The position numbers were made by a program, and so were the translations under genes. A stretch of DNA of 64,000 nt from the human T2T-CHM13v2.0 reference genome, Homo sapiens: NCBI RefSeq assembly GCF_009914755.1, contig NC_060929.1. The stretch is one strand, 5' to 3'. The notes below the pieces were generated by a model. It was not told the DNA's origin, made no database searches, and saw only the letters and a list, made by a program, of their open reading frames with translations. The first letter of the stretch is position 1; each line of letters starts with the position of its first letter. This document shows, one piece after another, positions 45,827 to 59,669 of this stretch.

Positions 45827-46764
45827 GGACAATATACACATGTCCAGTAAACACATGAAAAGGTATTGAACATAATCAGCAACCTGAACATTGTAAATTA
45901 AAAATACATGAGATATCACACCCACTATTATTATAAATATCAAAAAGATTGGAAAAGAAACAACTGTTGAGGAGGATATAAAATTATTAGAATTCTCATA
46001 AATTACTGCTGGCAGCATATAATGATGAAATTAATTTGGAAAAACTTTTTGATAGTGTTTTGTAAAGTTAAACACTTAACTACTCTATGATCAAATGACT
46101 ACATTACTAGATATTTACCCAGGATAAGTGAAAATATATGCCCTCAAAAGACATTTGTAAATATATGTTCATAGCATCTTTAAAAGTCAAGGCTGGAAGA
46201 ATTGAAAAGTCTATCAATGGGAGAAAGGATAAATAAATTGTGGTTTGTGTATAAAATTGATTACTACCCAACTACCAATAAAAAGTAACTACTGATACAA
46301 AACAGCATGCATCATGCTTGCATTTATATTCATTAAAAGAATGCAGACCCAGAAGACTATATACTAAATGATTTCATTTATAATAAAGAAAAATCAAAAT
46401 TTATATTTTATAATGAAAATTAGAACGTAGTTACCCAGGTGGGAAAATAATTGAGTGGAGTGATCAAAATGTTTTATATGTGCTTTTGTGTAGTGTTACG
46501 TGGCAGTTTACAATAATCAAACTCATCCAATTTAACATTGAATATCTATGCATTTCATTGCAAGTAGATTATACTTCAAAAATATATGACATAACTGAGA
46601 AACTTTCCCATACATTAATATGAAAATATTTCTAAGAGTCTAATGTACAGATGAGTGGATAGAAGATGCTACTTTATACACTCTGTTTTGTATAATGAAG
46701 TGGAAAAATAAGAACATATATTTGCTCTAATTTTTTGCTTATTTAATAAAGAAATGTTGGAAAG

Positions 46765-47116
46765 TGCATTGGTTCATTTTCATAATGCTATAAAGAACTC
46801 CCTGAGAACGAGTAATTTATAAAGAAAAGAGATTTAATTGACCCACAGTTCCACATGGCTGGGGAGGATTCAGGAAACTTACAATCATGGCAGAAGGTGA
46901 TAGGGAAACAGGCATCTTCTTCATAAAGCAGGAGGAAAGAGAAAGACAGAAAGTGCCACACTATCAGCTCTCATGAGCACTCACTCACTATCACAAGAAC
47001 AGCATGAGGAAACCGCCCCCATGACCCAATCACCTCCCACCAACTCCCTCCTTCAACACATGGGGATTACAATTTGAGATGACATTTGTGTGGGGACACA
47101 GGGCCAAACAATATCA
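46765..47116 (-). mobile_element. THE1D/MSTA solo LTR
   Basis: MaLR LTR motifs (cacagttccacatggctgggga, ggggacacagggccaaacaatatca). Confidence 0.88.
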
Positions 47117-47455
47117 GAAGATCATAAACAAGCCAATTGCATGTTGTTATGTCTGAAGGGATAGGTAATAAGGTATGTAATAAAATGGATGGGACAGAAG
47201 TACTAACAATGTATTTATTATTTAAATTTTTACTGTATATACCTTCATTGTTATCCTTTTAGGAGTCATATAAATGTAATGATCACTTAGAAAAATATAA
47301 TAGGAAATAATCAAATGGTAAGTAGCATTTTGTGAGACATTCTTTTATTTTTATTTAGATGATTTAATTAGTCTGATGTTGTTCAAGGAAATATTTTTGA
47401 TAGAAAAAGAGAAGGTCAGAAAAATCACATTTTTCCCTTAAGAAAATGCAAACCC

Positions 47456-47755
47456 CTTTATTTTATTTTACTTTTTTATTTTTGTGGGTACAAAGTGGGT
47501 GTATATATTTTTGGGATACATTAAATGGTTTGATATAGGTATGCAATGTGAAATAAGCATGTAATGGAAAATGGGGTATCCATCCCCTCAAGCATTTATT
47601 CCTTGAGTTACAATCAAATTATGCTCTTTAAGTTATTTTAGATATGTACAACTATGTTATTATTGACTAAAGTCACCCTGTTGTGCTATCAAATAATAGG
47701 TCTTATTTGTCCTATTTTTTGTACCCTTTAACCATCCTCACCTACCTGCCAGCCC
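47456..47755 (-). mobile_element. L1MA 3' end fragment
   Basis: T-tail followed by ggggtatccatcccctcaagcattt and gtcaccctgttgtgctatcaaat. Confidence 0.85.
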
Positions 47756-50364
47756 AGATATATGATCAAAAGGTCTAAGATTTAGTTAGCTATTAATATT
47801 GCAAAGTACGGATTAATATTAATAAAACATGAACATTTTCAGACTTTGCTTTCTTATATTTATTTTAATCAATAGCATATGAATTGTGATTATATTTAAG
47901 CCTTCTAATTAGAATTATGTTGAATGTTTTGGGAAAAATACAAGATGCTAATACTGTAGGAACTAATTTAAACTAATTTAGCTGCATGAAGACATCATAA
48001 AAGAAAAAGAATTTTTAAAAAGCATTTTAAATTACTCCTACTATTCCTCTTTTACCATCATTGAGCAATAAAGTGCACACAGTGGGAAAATTGACAACAC
48101 TACTTTGGTAGCAGCAATTCAATTAAACCATAATTATTTGTCACCTGAATGTGAGAAAAGATTTATTTTTCACCACGCTTGTTTTTCTCTATGTTGATGG
48201 CTTAATTTTTACATCGAATATACTTAATATTTAATCAATATTATATATTTGGGAAATCTATGAACATAATTAAATTGAAATATATTTTAGTATGTAATTA
48301 AAATATATTGCAAATCATATTCTTCCAATATACAGTCACAAAAGAATGTTAACACACTTTAATATCCCATATTAAATAGTCTGACTATACTTTATCTCCT
48401 CACATTGACAAATATGTCATTCAATATTTCAGTAAACCCTATCTTCTTTTCTTCTTTTTCTCTCCCTTTTTCTCCTTTTATGTTATTTGATGTGTGTGTG
48501 TGTGTGTTTTGTTGTTAAGTGTTCTTTTCTTGATGTAGGGGAAGGATTGAACTAGATGAGGAGGGAATTACTTCTATTTCTTGGTCCGTAATTCTTTACA
48601 TAATACACTAACAATATCATTATTTAGTGCATGTATATCAGGCATAATTTTAACAGGAATTATGTTTTCCACTCATTTCGTATTTTCCACATATATATAA
48701 TAATAATTTTCAGTCACCCCAAAGTTTACCTTCCTAAACACTTGCCGGTTGTTTGAATGTTTTAAAGCCATTCAATCTTGGTATATTTTCAATGCTAAGC
48801 ATCTCACTTTCAGTCTTTTGCCTTCTTTCAACTTTTTGTCTTTTCTTAAATACTTGTTGCGTTATACAACTTTTTCGTCCATTCATATTTAATGAACAAA
48901 CCAGTATTAAGTAAAATTTTCCAAGGCCCAAGTTTAAAAAGTTCTAATGTAAATAGTGAGCAATAATTTTTATACCTCTCTTCCTATACGTTCTTTGCTG
49001 ATATTATTTTTCTTTAAGTTAAAATAGCAGTGTATAACTGTGTTAGGTTTCTCTTTTCCCTTCATTATTTAAGATATTGATTTTTTTTACTAAATAAAAC
49101 ATGCTTTACTTTCTTTCAGTAGTCCCCTCCTCCCCCAGTTTTTCTTCATCTCCCTAGGTCTTTCTTACCTTCTTCATAAAAGAAACTATGTCCAACCTGA
49201 ACAGAGAATACAGCCCAGAGATTTACCTGAAATTACAGGGAGAAATCTAATCCTTTCAGTGAAGTTGTCACACTGGTAATATAAGCCCAAAGCTGCTGGT
49301 ATTCTTGACAGAGACAGTGCTTGCCTACATGTGAATGAAACTCAGTTAATTCTCACAGAGATAAATATCCACAGAATGTTATTTTTAAATTTAACTCCCA
49401 CGCACATGTCAACCTGAATTTGCTTTGGGCCAAATATGCTTCACTTTTTTGTGCCAAACACCAAATGTGTCATATGTTGCCGTTACGTAGAATATGGAAT
49501 GATCTAGTTTAGCTGGATTACTCTTCCCTCGGATCTTTCAATTCACTGGCAAGAGGCAGAGTCTCATTTACTATAAAAAGATATGCCCAAGTGTGAGAAT
49601 CTAATTAACTATCCAAGAAGGAATAAGTTCCTACTAAATATTGTCTTGCTTAGTGTAATACTGATGAGAATGGTAGCTCTTTGTTTACTTTTACTTAGGC
49701 TTTCCCATTTAGAGTGGCAGCTAATCTTGAGGCAGTGGGACAATGGTCAAAATTCTGCAAAATCAACAAGAAGTTGGAGTAATTCTAAGTCATTCATTTC
49801 TCCTGAAGTCAATCAGATGTACTTAAAACAATAATTGCGAGGAGTGGGAGCTATTTTTTTATGGCCAACATTCAGATGAAATTAAGGTCAATTTGAAAAG
49901 ATCAGATCATGAAGGTACAGAGAATAGACAGGGATTTTGCTGAGACATGGGGAGATGGTAAGCTGTATTCAAAACATTTGGGTAGACCAAGACTCTCTAG
50001 ATCACATTGTATAAGCTCTATGCTTCGGAAGCTCAGGGCTATTCAAGCTTCTGCTGGTAGGTGACTGACCTGTCATTCCATGGGTCATGTGGAATATCAA
50101 TGCTAAATGAGTCAAACTTTCTGGTATACCTTAGAGCTCACTTATTTGAATATACTGCTTACATATATACTAATTTTCTTTTCCATTCACTAATATTAAA
50201 TGTAAAGTCATCAATCTTTGCTGTGTCTTTATTTTATTTTTTCTTTAAAACTTTGCTCTTCAGCATTAGAAATTTCTATTAATGTATTATTCTAGGACTT
50301 TGTATATTTCATCACATCACAAAAAATAAAAAGAAGAGACCTTAAGGATGTGATATCTCATTTT

Positions 50365-50766
50365 TTTCACTTTTTAATGGAGATGCAATCACATATAAAA
50401 TTCACTATTTTAAAGTATACAACCCAGTAGCCTTTAGTATATTTACATAGGTGTGTAACTGTCACCATGATCTAATTCCAGAACATTTTTCTCATCAAAA
50501 TAATGAACCCTATATCCATTAGCACAAACTTCCTATCCCATTATATTATCCTAGTAGATATGAATAGATACCTCATTGTGGATTTGATTTGCATTTTCCT
50601 AACACCTAATGATGTTGAGCATATTTTCATGTGTTTATTGGACATCTGTATATCTTTTTTGGAGATATGTCTATTTAAGTAATTTGCCTATATTTTAAGT
50701 TGGGTTATTTGTCTTTCTCTGTTGAGTGTAAGGGATCTTTACATATTCTGGATATTAAACTCTTAC

Positions 50767-50797
<31 letters not shown>

Positions 50798-53650
50798 TAT
50801 ATATATATACAGTATATATATATATACACACACACACTCTATATATATACACACTATATAAATAGTATATGTATAAAATTTGCAAATATTTTCTCTGATT
50901 TTGTGAGTTATCTTTTTATTTTGACAGTATCTTTTGAAGCACAAGAGTTTATACTTTTGATGAAGTCCAATTTAGCTATTTTTTTCTAATTGCTTGTACT
51001 TTAATGTCATATCCAAGAAAACTTTCCTAATCCAGACACAAATATTAACACCTATGTTTTTAGAATTTAGATCTTAGTTCTTACATTTAGATCAGAGATT
51101 TATTTTTGTACATGGTATGAAATTAGAGTCCAAGTTTGTTCTCTTTAATGTGAATATTCACTTTTACCAGCCCCATTTCTTAAAGATATTATTATTTATC
51201 AATAAAATGTTATTTGTACCTTGTTGCAAATCAACTGCCCATAGATGTATGATAATATTTCTGGATTTTCAATTTCATACCATTGATCTATATCTATATC
51301 TATCCTTATGACAGCACCATGCTGTCTTATTTATTAAATACTGTACATTTGTATTTAACTTTGGATTCAGGAAGTGTAAATTCTTCAATTTTGTAGTTTT
51401 TTCAAGAGTGTTTTGCCTATTCTGGGTCCCCTAAAATGCTATATGCATTTTATGTTCAGCTTATCTATTTCTTTAAAAAAGAAAATAGGCACTTGAAAAT
51501 TTTCATTGGAATTTCATTCCGTCTGTAGATCAATTTAGGGAGTATGGCCATTTAGGTCCTTTTTTATTTCTCTCAACAATGTTTTCTAGTTTAAGAGTAC
51601 ATGCTTGCACTTCTATCATGAAATTAATCTCTAAATATTTTACTATTTTCATATGATTTAAGATAAAATTGTTTCTTAAATTTCATGTTTAGTCTGTTTA
51701 TTTCCATGATATAGAAGTAAGCTTCTGGAACCTTGCTAAACTAATCTGTTGAGTCCATTTTTTCCTCTGTTTGAACTTTTTGGAGTTTTCTGTATGTAAA
51801 ATCATGTCATGTGCAAATTGTTTTACTTCTTCCTTTCCAACATGGATGTTTTTATTTGTTTTTCCTGCCCATGCTTTGGTTAGGGACTACAGTGCAATGT
51901 TGAACAGATGAGGCAAGAGTGGACAGCCTTGCCTTTATTTTAAAGGAAAAGCTTTTAGTCTTTCATCAAGTGTGATGTTAATTGTGGATTTGTTTGTTTG
52001 TTTTAGTAAATGATCTGAATCAAGTTACAGTAGTTTCCTTTTAGTTCTACTTTGTTAGGGTTTTATGATAAAAAGGTTTTGGATTTTTTGAAAGGCTTTT
52101 TGTGTGTGTATGTGTCTATGTTACATGTATGTTTATTTTATGTGGCATATAATATTGTTAGCTTCTTCATATGTTGAAAAAGACATGTTTTCCTAGAATA
52201 AATTCTACTTGGCCATGGTGTATAGTTCCTTCTATATCCTCCTAGAATGTTGTTAACAATTTTTGTTCCACATTCATAAAAGAAAATGGTCTGAAGTCTC
52301 CTTTTTGTGATTTTTTGGTTTTGGTATCAGGGAAATATTGACCTCATACAGGAAATTAAAAATGTTCTATTTTTTTGAAACAATTTGTGAAGGATTGTCA
52401 TTAATTCTTACTTAATACTTTGATTGGGATTCCAGTGAAGCATTCTTATTCTGTGCTTTTCTTTGTGGTAGTATTTTTGAATACTAAATCAGCCTTTTTA
52501 CTTGGCATAAGTCTATTTAGATTTTCTGTCCTTCTTGAGTCAATTTTTTGTAGTTTTTGTCTTTCTAGGCATTTTTCCCAAAGAAAGTTTGATTTCGATA
52601 ATTTTCACTGTTGTTTTCCTATTCCGAATTTCACTTTCACTCTAATCTTTATTATTTGTTTCTTTGTACTCAGTTTAGGTTGAGTTTGCTTTTCTTTTTC
52701 CAACATCTTAGGGTCAAATATTAAGTGATTGATTTTAGATCTCTCTTCTTGTTTAAATATTTTGTTTGTATAGTGACTTATTGGAACTAATTTTGTAAAT
52801 TATGTGTCTTTGTCATGTGTAGCCACTGAAGTCTGCATTTTGTTAATTTAGTGACCAGCTAATGATTAGATACACTTTTCCCTAAAAGCCTGAAATTAAT
52901 ACACCTCAGTTTTGCTGAAGGACTCTGTGCATATTTGGGCATGCCTTCAATACTCAAACAAACAATTTACATCTTTACCTAACTCTTTACTTCTTACTTT
53001 CTCAGAGCCTCAAGCTCAGTTGGAGTTAAAAGATTAGGGTCATCTCAGGTTCTTCCCAGGCATGTGCATGATTGTAACCTCTAGATTCCCAGGAATATGT
53101 CACAAATTTTCAGAGCCCCTATGGACATCTAAATGCCTCAGCTTCTCTTTTTTTCAATTTTTTTTAGTCTATTGTTTGTTCCAACTATTATCCATTGCCT
53201 CAGGCAGCTTTGATGTTAAGATGTTTGACAAACCAGCAGCCTCCCCATCCCCAGAAACTTTTAGCACTGGATCAAATAAGCATAAGTCTTCTGATTGGGA
53301 TCTACCAGGGAATGACAGACAGGTCACATGATGAATATTCTTTGGGAATTCAGCTTGGAAAGAGCTCCAGCCCCATTTTACTCTCTCTGGTACCAAGAAT
53401 ATGGGCTGTTATTTTTCAAGGAAGCTGAAGATTTGAGGACCAGGAGTTGGAGAAAGGTAAATAATAATACCATAAATTCACTCTTATTGCTGAAGTTCAG
53501 TCATTTTTTTGCCTAAATTTTTATTGGTCCTGTGAGCCTTTGGTTCATTTTTAGAGTTAACAGAAGTCTGATCTGAAAATTTTTTGCCCTTTTGTGGTGG
53601 ACAAAATTTTCAGAAATCCTCTTTCTACCATTTTCACTGATGGTACCGAA
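50365..53650 (-). mobile_element. Old L1M (L1MB/MC-like) fragments, 3' end through ORF2 and 5' region
   Basis: T-rich strand with L1 motifs (ttgatttgcattttcct, ttttgatgaagtccaattt, atcatgtcatgtgcaaat, ttttggtatcaggg); (TA)n insert at 50768-50860. Confidence 0.8.
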
Positions 53651-55955
53651 TTATTTTCATTTTTTAATTGAGATCTAATGAGCCATATACTTAATTTGTT
53701 CAAAATGATATGCAGTGCCATCTGATCAAGTCCCATCCATAAAATGTACGTGACACACAAAATTCTAAAATTATGTACTATTACTGCCCTTCTGGGGCAA
53801 TTGCCCATGATCATTAAGAACTATTTTGCACATATTGTGTCACATCCAAATTCTACATTTTTGACCTACTGTGGAAAAAAATGCACTTTTAAACCATATC
53901 AACTTGATTAGAGTTTTCCAGAAAGTCTATAAATATGATGAATTGTGGCCATTATAGAATTAAATAATATGTATTCATTCTGCATTTCTTTGAAAATAAT
54001 CTTATAGAATAACAGGTAGCATATCTATTTTGGTTTTCATACTTTCCTCCAGTAATATATGGACTCTTAAAATTTGTTGGCCTTGCTATTCAGTGTCATA
54101 TCTCACAAAGTTTTCCATTTTCTGAAAGAGAGAGTTGAAGTATGAATAGGTGCTGGCCTAATTTCGTTCCTCTTTGATTGTACTGGAGTACATGCATTCT
54201 TTATTTCACAATGGGGAAAGCATGTGTGATGATTGGAGTGTACTGACAAGGAAGAAAAATTCAAGTTGTGATTTCTCTTTTAAACAGAGATCTGTTCAAA
54301 AAGCAGAAGAGATTAATGGGTAAGGATATTAGCTTTCTATTTTCCAAGGCTTAGACAATGTTTAGATATTCTGTTCAAAATGCAAACTCTTTTATATAAT
54401 TTCTCAACACAAACATACAAACAATAGGCTGCAAAAATGTTTCTATCACTGCTAGTTAATCTATCAATAAATGCAATATTTGCCTAGTTATTATATTTTA
54501 AAAGTGGAATAATTTGAAAACTTCATGGTCATATAATTTTATCAAGTATAAAATATTCTTCTCACATTCATTTAATTGAAAACATTTATTAGAATTTGCA
54601 TATTTTAGGACAAGAAGCTAAGTATTATGCTAGTACTGTCAAGTCACACAACCTCTCTTGTCCTCTCTTCTTAATTTTCCATACATATTTTAAACTCTTT
54701 CCTTGCCCCAAGTATTGTTAATAAAACATGAGTAAACTGTGTACTTTGGAATCAAGAAGCATATACTCTAATAGAGGAGATGTCAAAAAAACATTATCAA
54801 ATTTAAATCCTCCCTTTACCTCTCAGGATTTTTCTTCTCAACTCCCATATGAACATTTATTTCACATTCATTAAATACCATCAATACATAAATGCATTAA
54901 TTGATTACTCAACCTTCTCCACAGTCCATTATTTAAAGTTAGTTTTCTTGTATTAAATAATGTTTGTAAAGATGATATGACATACCACACACTGAACTAA
55001 GACTGTTCAGTGCCTTGTTTTATTTAATCTTCAGAAACCCTTATGAAGGTGCTGGTATTTTAACCATGGCACTGATAAACAAATGAGCCTTAAAGAATTT
55101 AAGTAACACATAAGTTAAGAAAATCTTTAGCTTCAAGCAAACAAAAATTTAAGTAGCCAAGATTGAGATATATTTTCATAATAACATGTCTGAAAATAAT
55201 TTGTCGCTGTAATTTCTTTAGTAGATTATCCATGTTAGTTTAGAAGCTATACTGAACCTCTCCTCAGTTTCAATATAGCTGTCCAAGCTCGACTTACCAA
55301 TTTTCCTTCAAGCTGAAGGACAAAAGAGATCCAAGTAGCAATGCCTAACCTTTTATTAGGAAAATAAACTTTTCTCAGGAAACCCTCAACAGAGTCCACC
55401 TTACTACACTTTTCCACAATGGCATCATATTGCTGCCATTTTCTACTTTAATATTGGGAATGCAAGTATATATAGCCATAGAGGAGTTTGAAAAGGAAAA
55501 AGAGATATGGGAATGAATGACTGATATCATCTAAGTCAGTGTCACCACCTTCTGTCACTGAACACATTTTTTAAAAATATTATTTCATATGTTGTAAGAC
55601 TTTATAGAACAGTATCACAGTAAATGTGATTCTCTACAATTTGCTTTTTTTCTTGATATATTTTTAAAACTCCATCAGATACCTGCAGTTCCAGTTCAAT
55701 TTTACAGCTAAATAGTATTCTATTGAGTAAATATAACAAAATGTATTCATTAGAGCCCCACAAAATTTTTCTTTTCATAGGTCAAAAAAAGGTTGTATAA
55801 CATCAGTTTCAAATGACTTAATCTGATGTGTCCATTGTCCTTTTGATGGACATTTAGAATGTTTCCAAACAGATTAACTATGAATATTTTTGTATATGTT
55901 TTCTTACAAAATATGTAAGATTAATTTAGGTAATGCTTCCCAAAGATTATTTCTT

Positions 55956-56267
<312 letters not shown>

Positions 56268-56315
56268 GATTATTTCTTAACATTGTGCACATAGAAATTA
56301 TATTGTTTAAACATT

Positions 56316-56625
56316 GGCCAGGTGCGGTGGCTTATACCTCTGGTCCCAGCACTCTGTGAGGTTGGCAGATCACCTGAGGTTGGGAGTCCAAGACCAGCCT
56401 AGCTAACATGGCAAAAACCCAGCTCTAGTAAAAATACAAAAATTTTCTGGTTGTAGTGGTGTGTGCCTGTAATTCCAGTTATTTGGGACACTGAGGCAGG
56501 AGAATCTTTTGAATCCGAGAGGAGGAGTTTGCAGTGAACCGAGATCATGCCACTGCACTCCAGCCTGGGTGACTGAGCAAGATTCTGCCTCAAAAGACAG
56601 CAACCTCTACCCTCCCCAAAAAAAC
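56316..56625 (+). mobile_element. AluS
   Basis: Alu dimer; short TSD aacatt. Confidence 0.93.
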
Positions 56626-56879
56626 AACATTAAATCTGGGTAAACTGAGAGCCTTCTTATAGATGTTGGTGACTGGCCCTCGAGCTGTGGCCACCACAGG
56701 CACCTGGCCCCATTTCTAACCTATCAGTGTGTCATTTGTAGCACACCCTGTTTGGAGTTTCACCCCAGAGATTATTCTGTACATCTATTACATTATTATT
56801 TCACTGTATACTTATTGGTCTTCTATAAAAAATAAATTGTAGCTTTTTTGGTTTTACGTTATTTCTGCTCTTACATTAA

Positions 56880-57120
56880 TAATAGAAATTACTCACATAT
56901 TGCTGATTATAACCTAGGCACTTGATAAGCACTTTTCAAGTATTTATTCATGTAATTTTCACAGCCCCACCATGAGTTTATCCTCATTGATATAAGGGGG
57001 AACTAAAGTGTGTTCAGGCTAAGAAATTCACCCAAGGTCACTGCTTTAGTAGAGTGCAGAAACTGCTTTGAACTAAGACAGTCTGGCTTCCAACTCTCAG
57101 TTCTTAACCATTATGCATTA
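56880..57120 (+). mobile_element. MIR
   Basis: MIR core (aggggaactaaagtg...cacccaaggtcac...tttgaactaagacagtctggcttc). Confidence 0.7.
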
Positions 57121-57274
57121 TAGCCCTTTTTAATTTTCTTCCTTCGACTCTGCTTGAGTAGTGTTGATTATGTTACATTTATATTTTATACCCTAGAGAG
57201 ATATATAGCTTCCATTTTTCTAGTTTCATAAGATAGCTATATTGCTCATTATTTTCAGGCTTTCTTTTTTCCTG

Positions 57275-57826
57275 TGTAAGGTTTTGAGAAAGAGAAAATC
57301 AACTTTGGACAGCAGGAAACTGGCCTGGTACTATCAGCTAGACTGTGGTGTTCTCCTGTTAAAAAAAATTTCACAAAACGCTAACATCAGATAAAGCCAC
57401 TCTATGAATGTGATGGAATCAGACTACTCTGTAACCATGCTGAAACACAGATGAAGTACCAATAGTGTTCAAGCCACACACAAAAAAAAACAAGCACTCC
57501 CCTCTCCTGGGTGGCATGAGTGACTGTTGCTTCTTTACCAGGCACTGCTTTACCCTCTATTCATTTCTCTTTCCTGCTAGATAAAATTATTAACATAACT
57601 AGTCAGAATTCTCCTCACTTCCTGAGAGCATTCAATCTATAGTAAAGCACTACTTCCTTAAAGTCTCTCCAAAAGCATCTAGCACAAATCAAAATCTTAC
57701 AATAAGCCTTCTCATACCCTCTTATTGAGACCTCCCAAGATTTCCTCCTATATGAGGTTTCCCTATTGCAGTCAATAAGCCAACCAGTGGTGAATTTCTT
57801 GTAATCTTTGGCTGGAAAATATTCAC
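57275..57826 (+). mobile_element. ERV1 solo LTR (MER67-like)
   Basis: tgtaagg...caca termini; aacatcagataaagccactct and atgagtgactgttgcttctttacca motifs. Confidence 0.6.
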
Positions 57827-57939
57827 AACATAAAGCCAAAAATTAAATTGTAAATACTGCTTTGCTTACCTAATTACTCTTAAGTCCAAAATGTTTTTAT
57901 TATTGTTTTAATCTCATGTTTTGAATTTCTAATAGGATT

Positions 57940-58190
57940 TTCCCCCTCTGGTAGTCCACAGTCTGTTGTTCCCATGTTTATGTTCACGTGTGCTCATTGT
58001 TTAGCTTCCACTTATATGTGAGAGCATGCATTATTTGGTTCTCTGTTCTTGTGTTGATTTGTTCAGGATTATAGCCTCCAGCTGCATTCATGTTGCTGCA
58101 AAGGGCATCAACCTAGGTGCCCATCAATGGTGGATTAGATAATGAAAATGTGGTACATATACACAATAGAACACTATGCAGCTACAAAAT
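57940..58190 (-). mobile_element. Short L1PA/PB 3' fragment with internal inversion
   Basis: 57940-58108 is L1 3' sequence on the minus strand; 58109-58190 is the adjacent upstream L1 segment on the plus strand. Confidence 0.85.
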
Positions 58191-58490
58191 ATACGAGTAA
58201 TATTTAAAACAAAGTTTTTCCTTTGGCTTTGTGCTCAAATGATAGCTTATAAGGTATGCAATTCAAGACCAATGGTTAGTTTCCGTCACAGTTTTAAAGA
58301 TAATTCCACATCAAATGGCCTTTTCTGTAATTGTGAAACCTGACATCAATGTATCATTCTTTTGAAGGCAATCTCTCTTTTTCCTCTGATTCATTTTTAA
58401 CATTCTCTTTTGTTCTTGATATTTTGTAGTTTTACTAAATTGGTTATGACTTTCTAATTATTAATATGCCTGACAATTTGCTTTGCATAG

Positions 58491-59620
58491 TGTATTAGTC
58501 CATTCTTACACTGCAATGAAGATACTACCTCTGAGACTGGGTAACTTGTAAACAAAAGATGTTTAATTGACTCACAGTTCCACATGGCTGGGGAGGCCTC
58601 AAGAAGCTTACAATAATGGTAGAAGGTGAAGGGGAAGCAGGCAGGCACCTTCTTCACAAAGCAGCAGGAGAGAGTGAGAGAGCACAAGGAAGTGCCACAC
58701 TTTAAAACCATTAGTTCAGGTGAGAACTCATACACTATCACAGAAACAGCATGACAGAAACTGCCCCCATGACCCAATTACCTCCCACCAAGAACCTCCC
58801 TCCACACATGGGGATTACAACTAGAGATAGGATTTAGGTGGGGACACAGAGACAAATCATGTTATTTTGCCCCTGGTTACTCCCAAATCTCATGTTCGTT
58901 TCACATTTCAAAGCCAATCATGCCTTCCAAACAGTCCCTTAAAGTCTTAACTCATTCCAGAATTAACCCAAAAGTACAAGTCCAAAGTCTCATCTGAGAC
59001 AAAGCAAGTCCCTTTTGCCTATGAGCCTGTGAAATCTAAAACAAGTTAGTTACTTCCAAAATACAATGGGGATACAAGCATTCAGTATCCCCAATTCCAA
59101 AAGTCAATTGGCCAAAATAAAAAGGCCATAGTTCCCCATGCAAATCCAAAACCCTGGAAGGCAGTCATTAAATCTTAAAGCTCCAAAATCTCCTTTGACT
59201 CCATGTCTCACATCCAGGGCATGCCAATTCAAAGGGTGGGGTCCCAAAACCATGGGCAGCTCCAGGCCTGTTGCTCTGCAGGGTACACCCCCCGTAGCTG
59301 CTTTTACAGGCTGGCATTGAGTGTCTGTGGCTTTTTCAGGTGCATGGGGCAAGCTGTCAGTGGATCTACCTTTCTGTGGTCTGGAGGATGGTGGCCCTCT
59401 TTTCACAGCTCCACTAGGCAGTGCCCCAGTGGATACTGTACGGGAGCTCCAACCCCACATTTCCCTTCTGCACTGCCCTAGCAAAGGTTCTCTGTGAGGG
59501 CTCTGCCCCTGCAGCAGACTTCTGCCTGCACCTCCAGACTTTTCCATATATCCTTTAAAATTTAGGTGGAGACTCCCAAAGCTCAACTCTTGTCTTCTGT
59601 GTACCCACAGGCCCAACGAT
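58491..59620 (-). mobile_element. THE1D/MSTA LTR (58491-58866) plus partial internal region
   Basis: tgtattagtccatt LTR end, then MaLR internal (caagtccaaagtctcatctgagacaa); breaks off at ~59620. Confidence 0.9.
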
Positions 59621-59669
59621 TTACACCAACTTCCCTTGGTCAATTTAATTAAATTATTTTGTCTTAAGG

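Larger units (their letters stand above)
42540..46585 (+). mobile_element. Old L1M (L1MC/MD-like) ORF2-3' end hosting nested insertions
   Basis: Degraded ORF2 motifs (cagagaaagcactggacaaatt, ttatttgtagacatcataat, ggaagactcaacattgtt) continuing to an L1M 3' end near 46580. Confidence 0.7.

Noticed and set aside
59104-59643. 179-aa ORF
   Set aside because: Lies within the MaLR internal region; decayed TE sequence.
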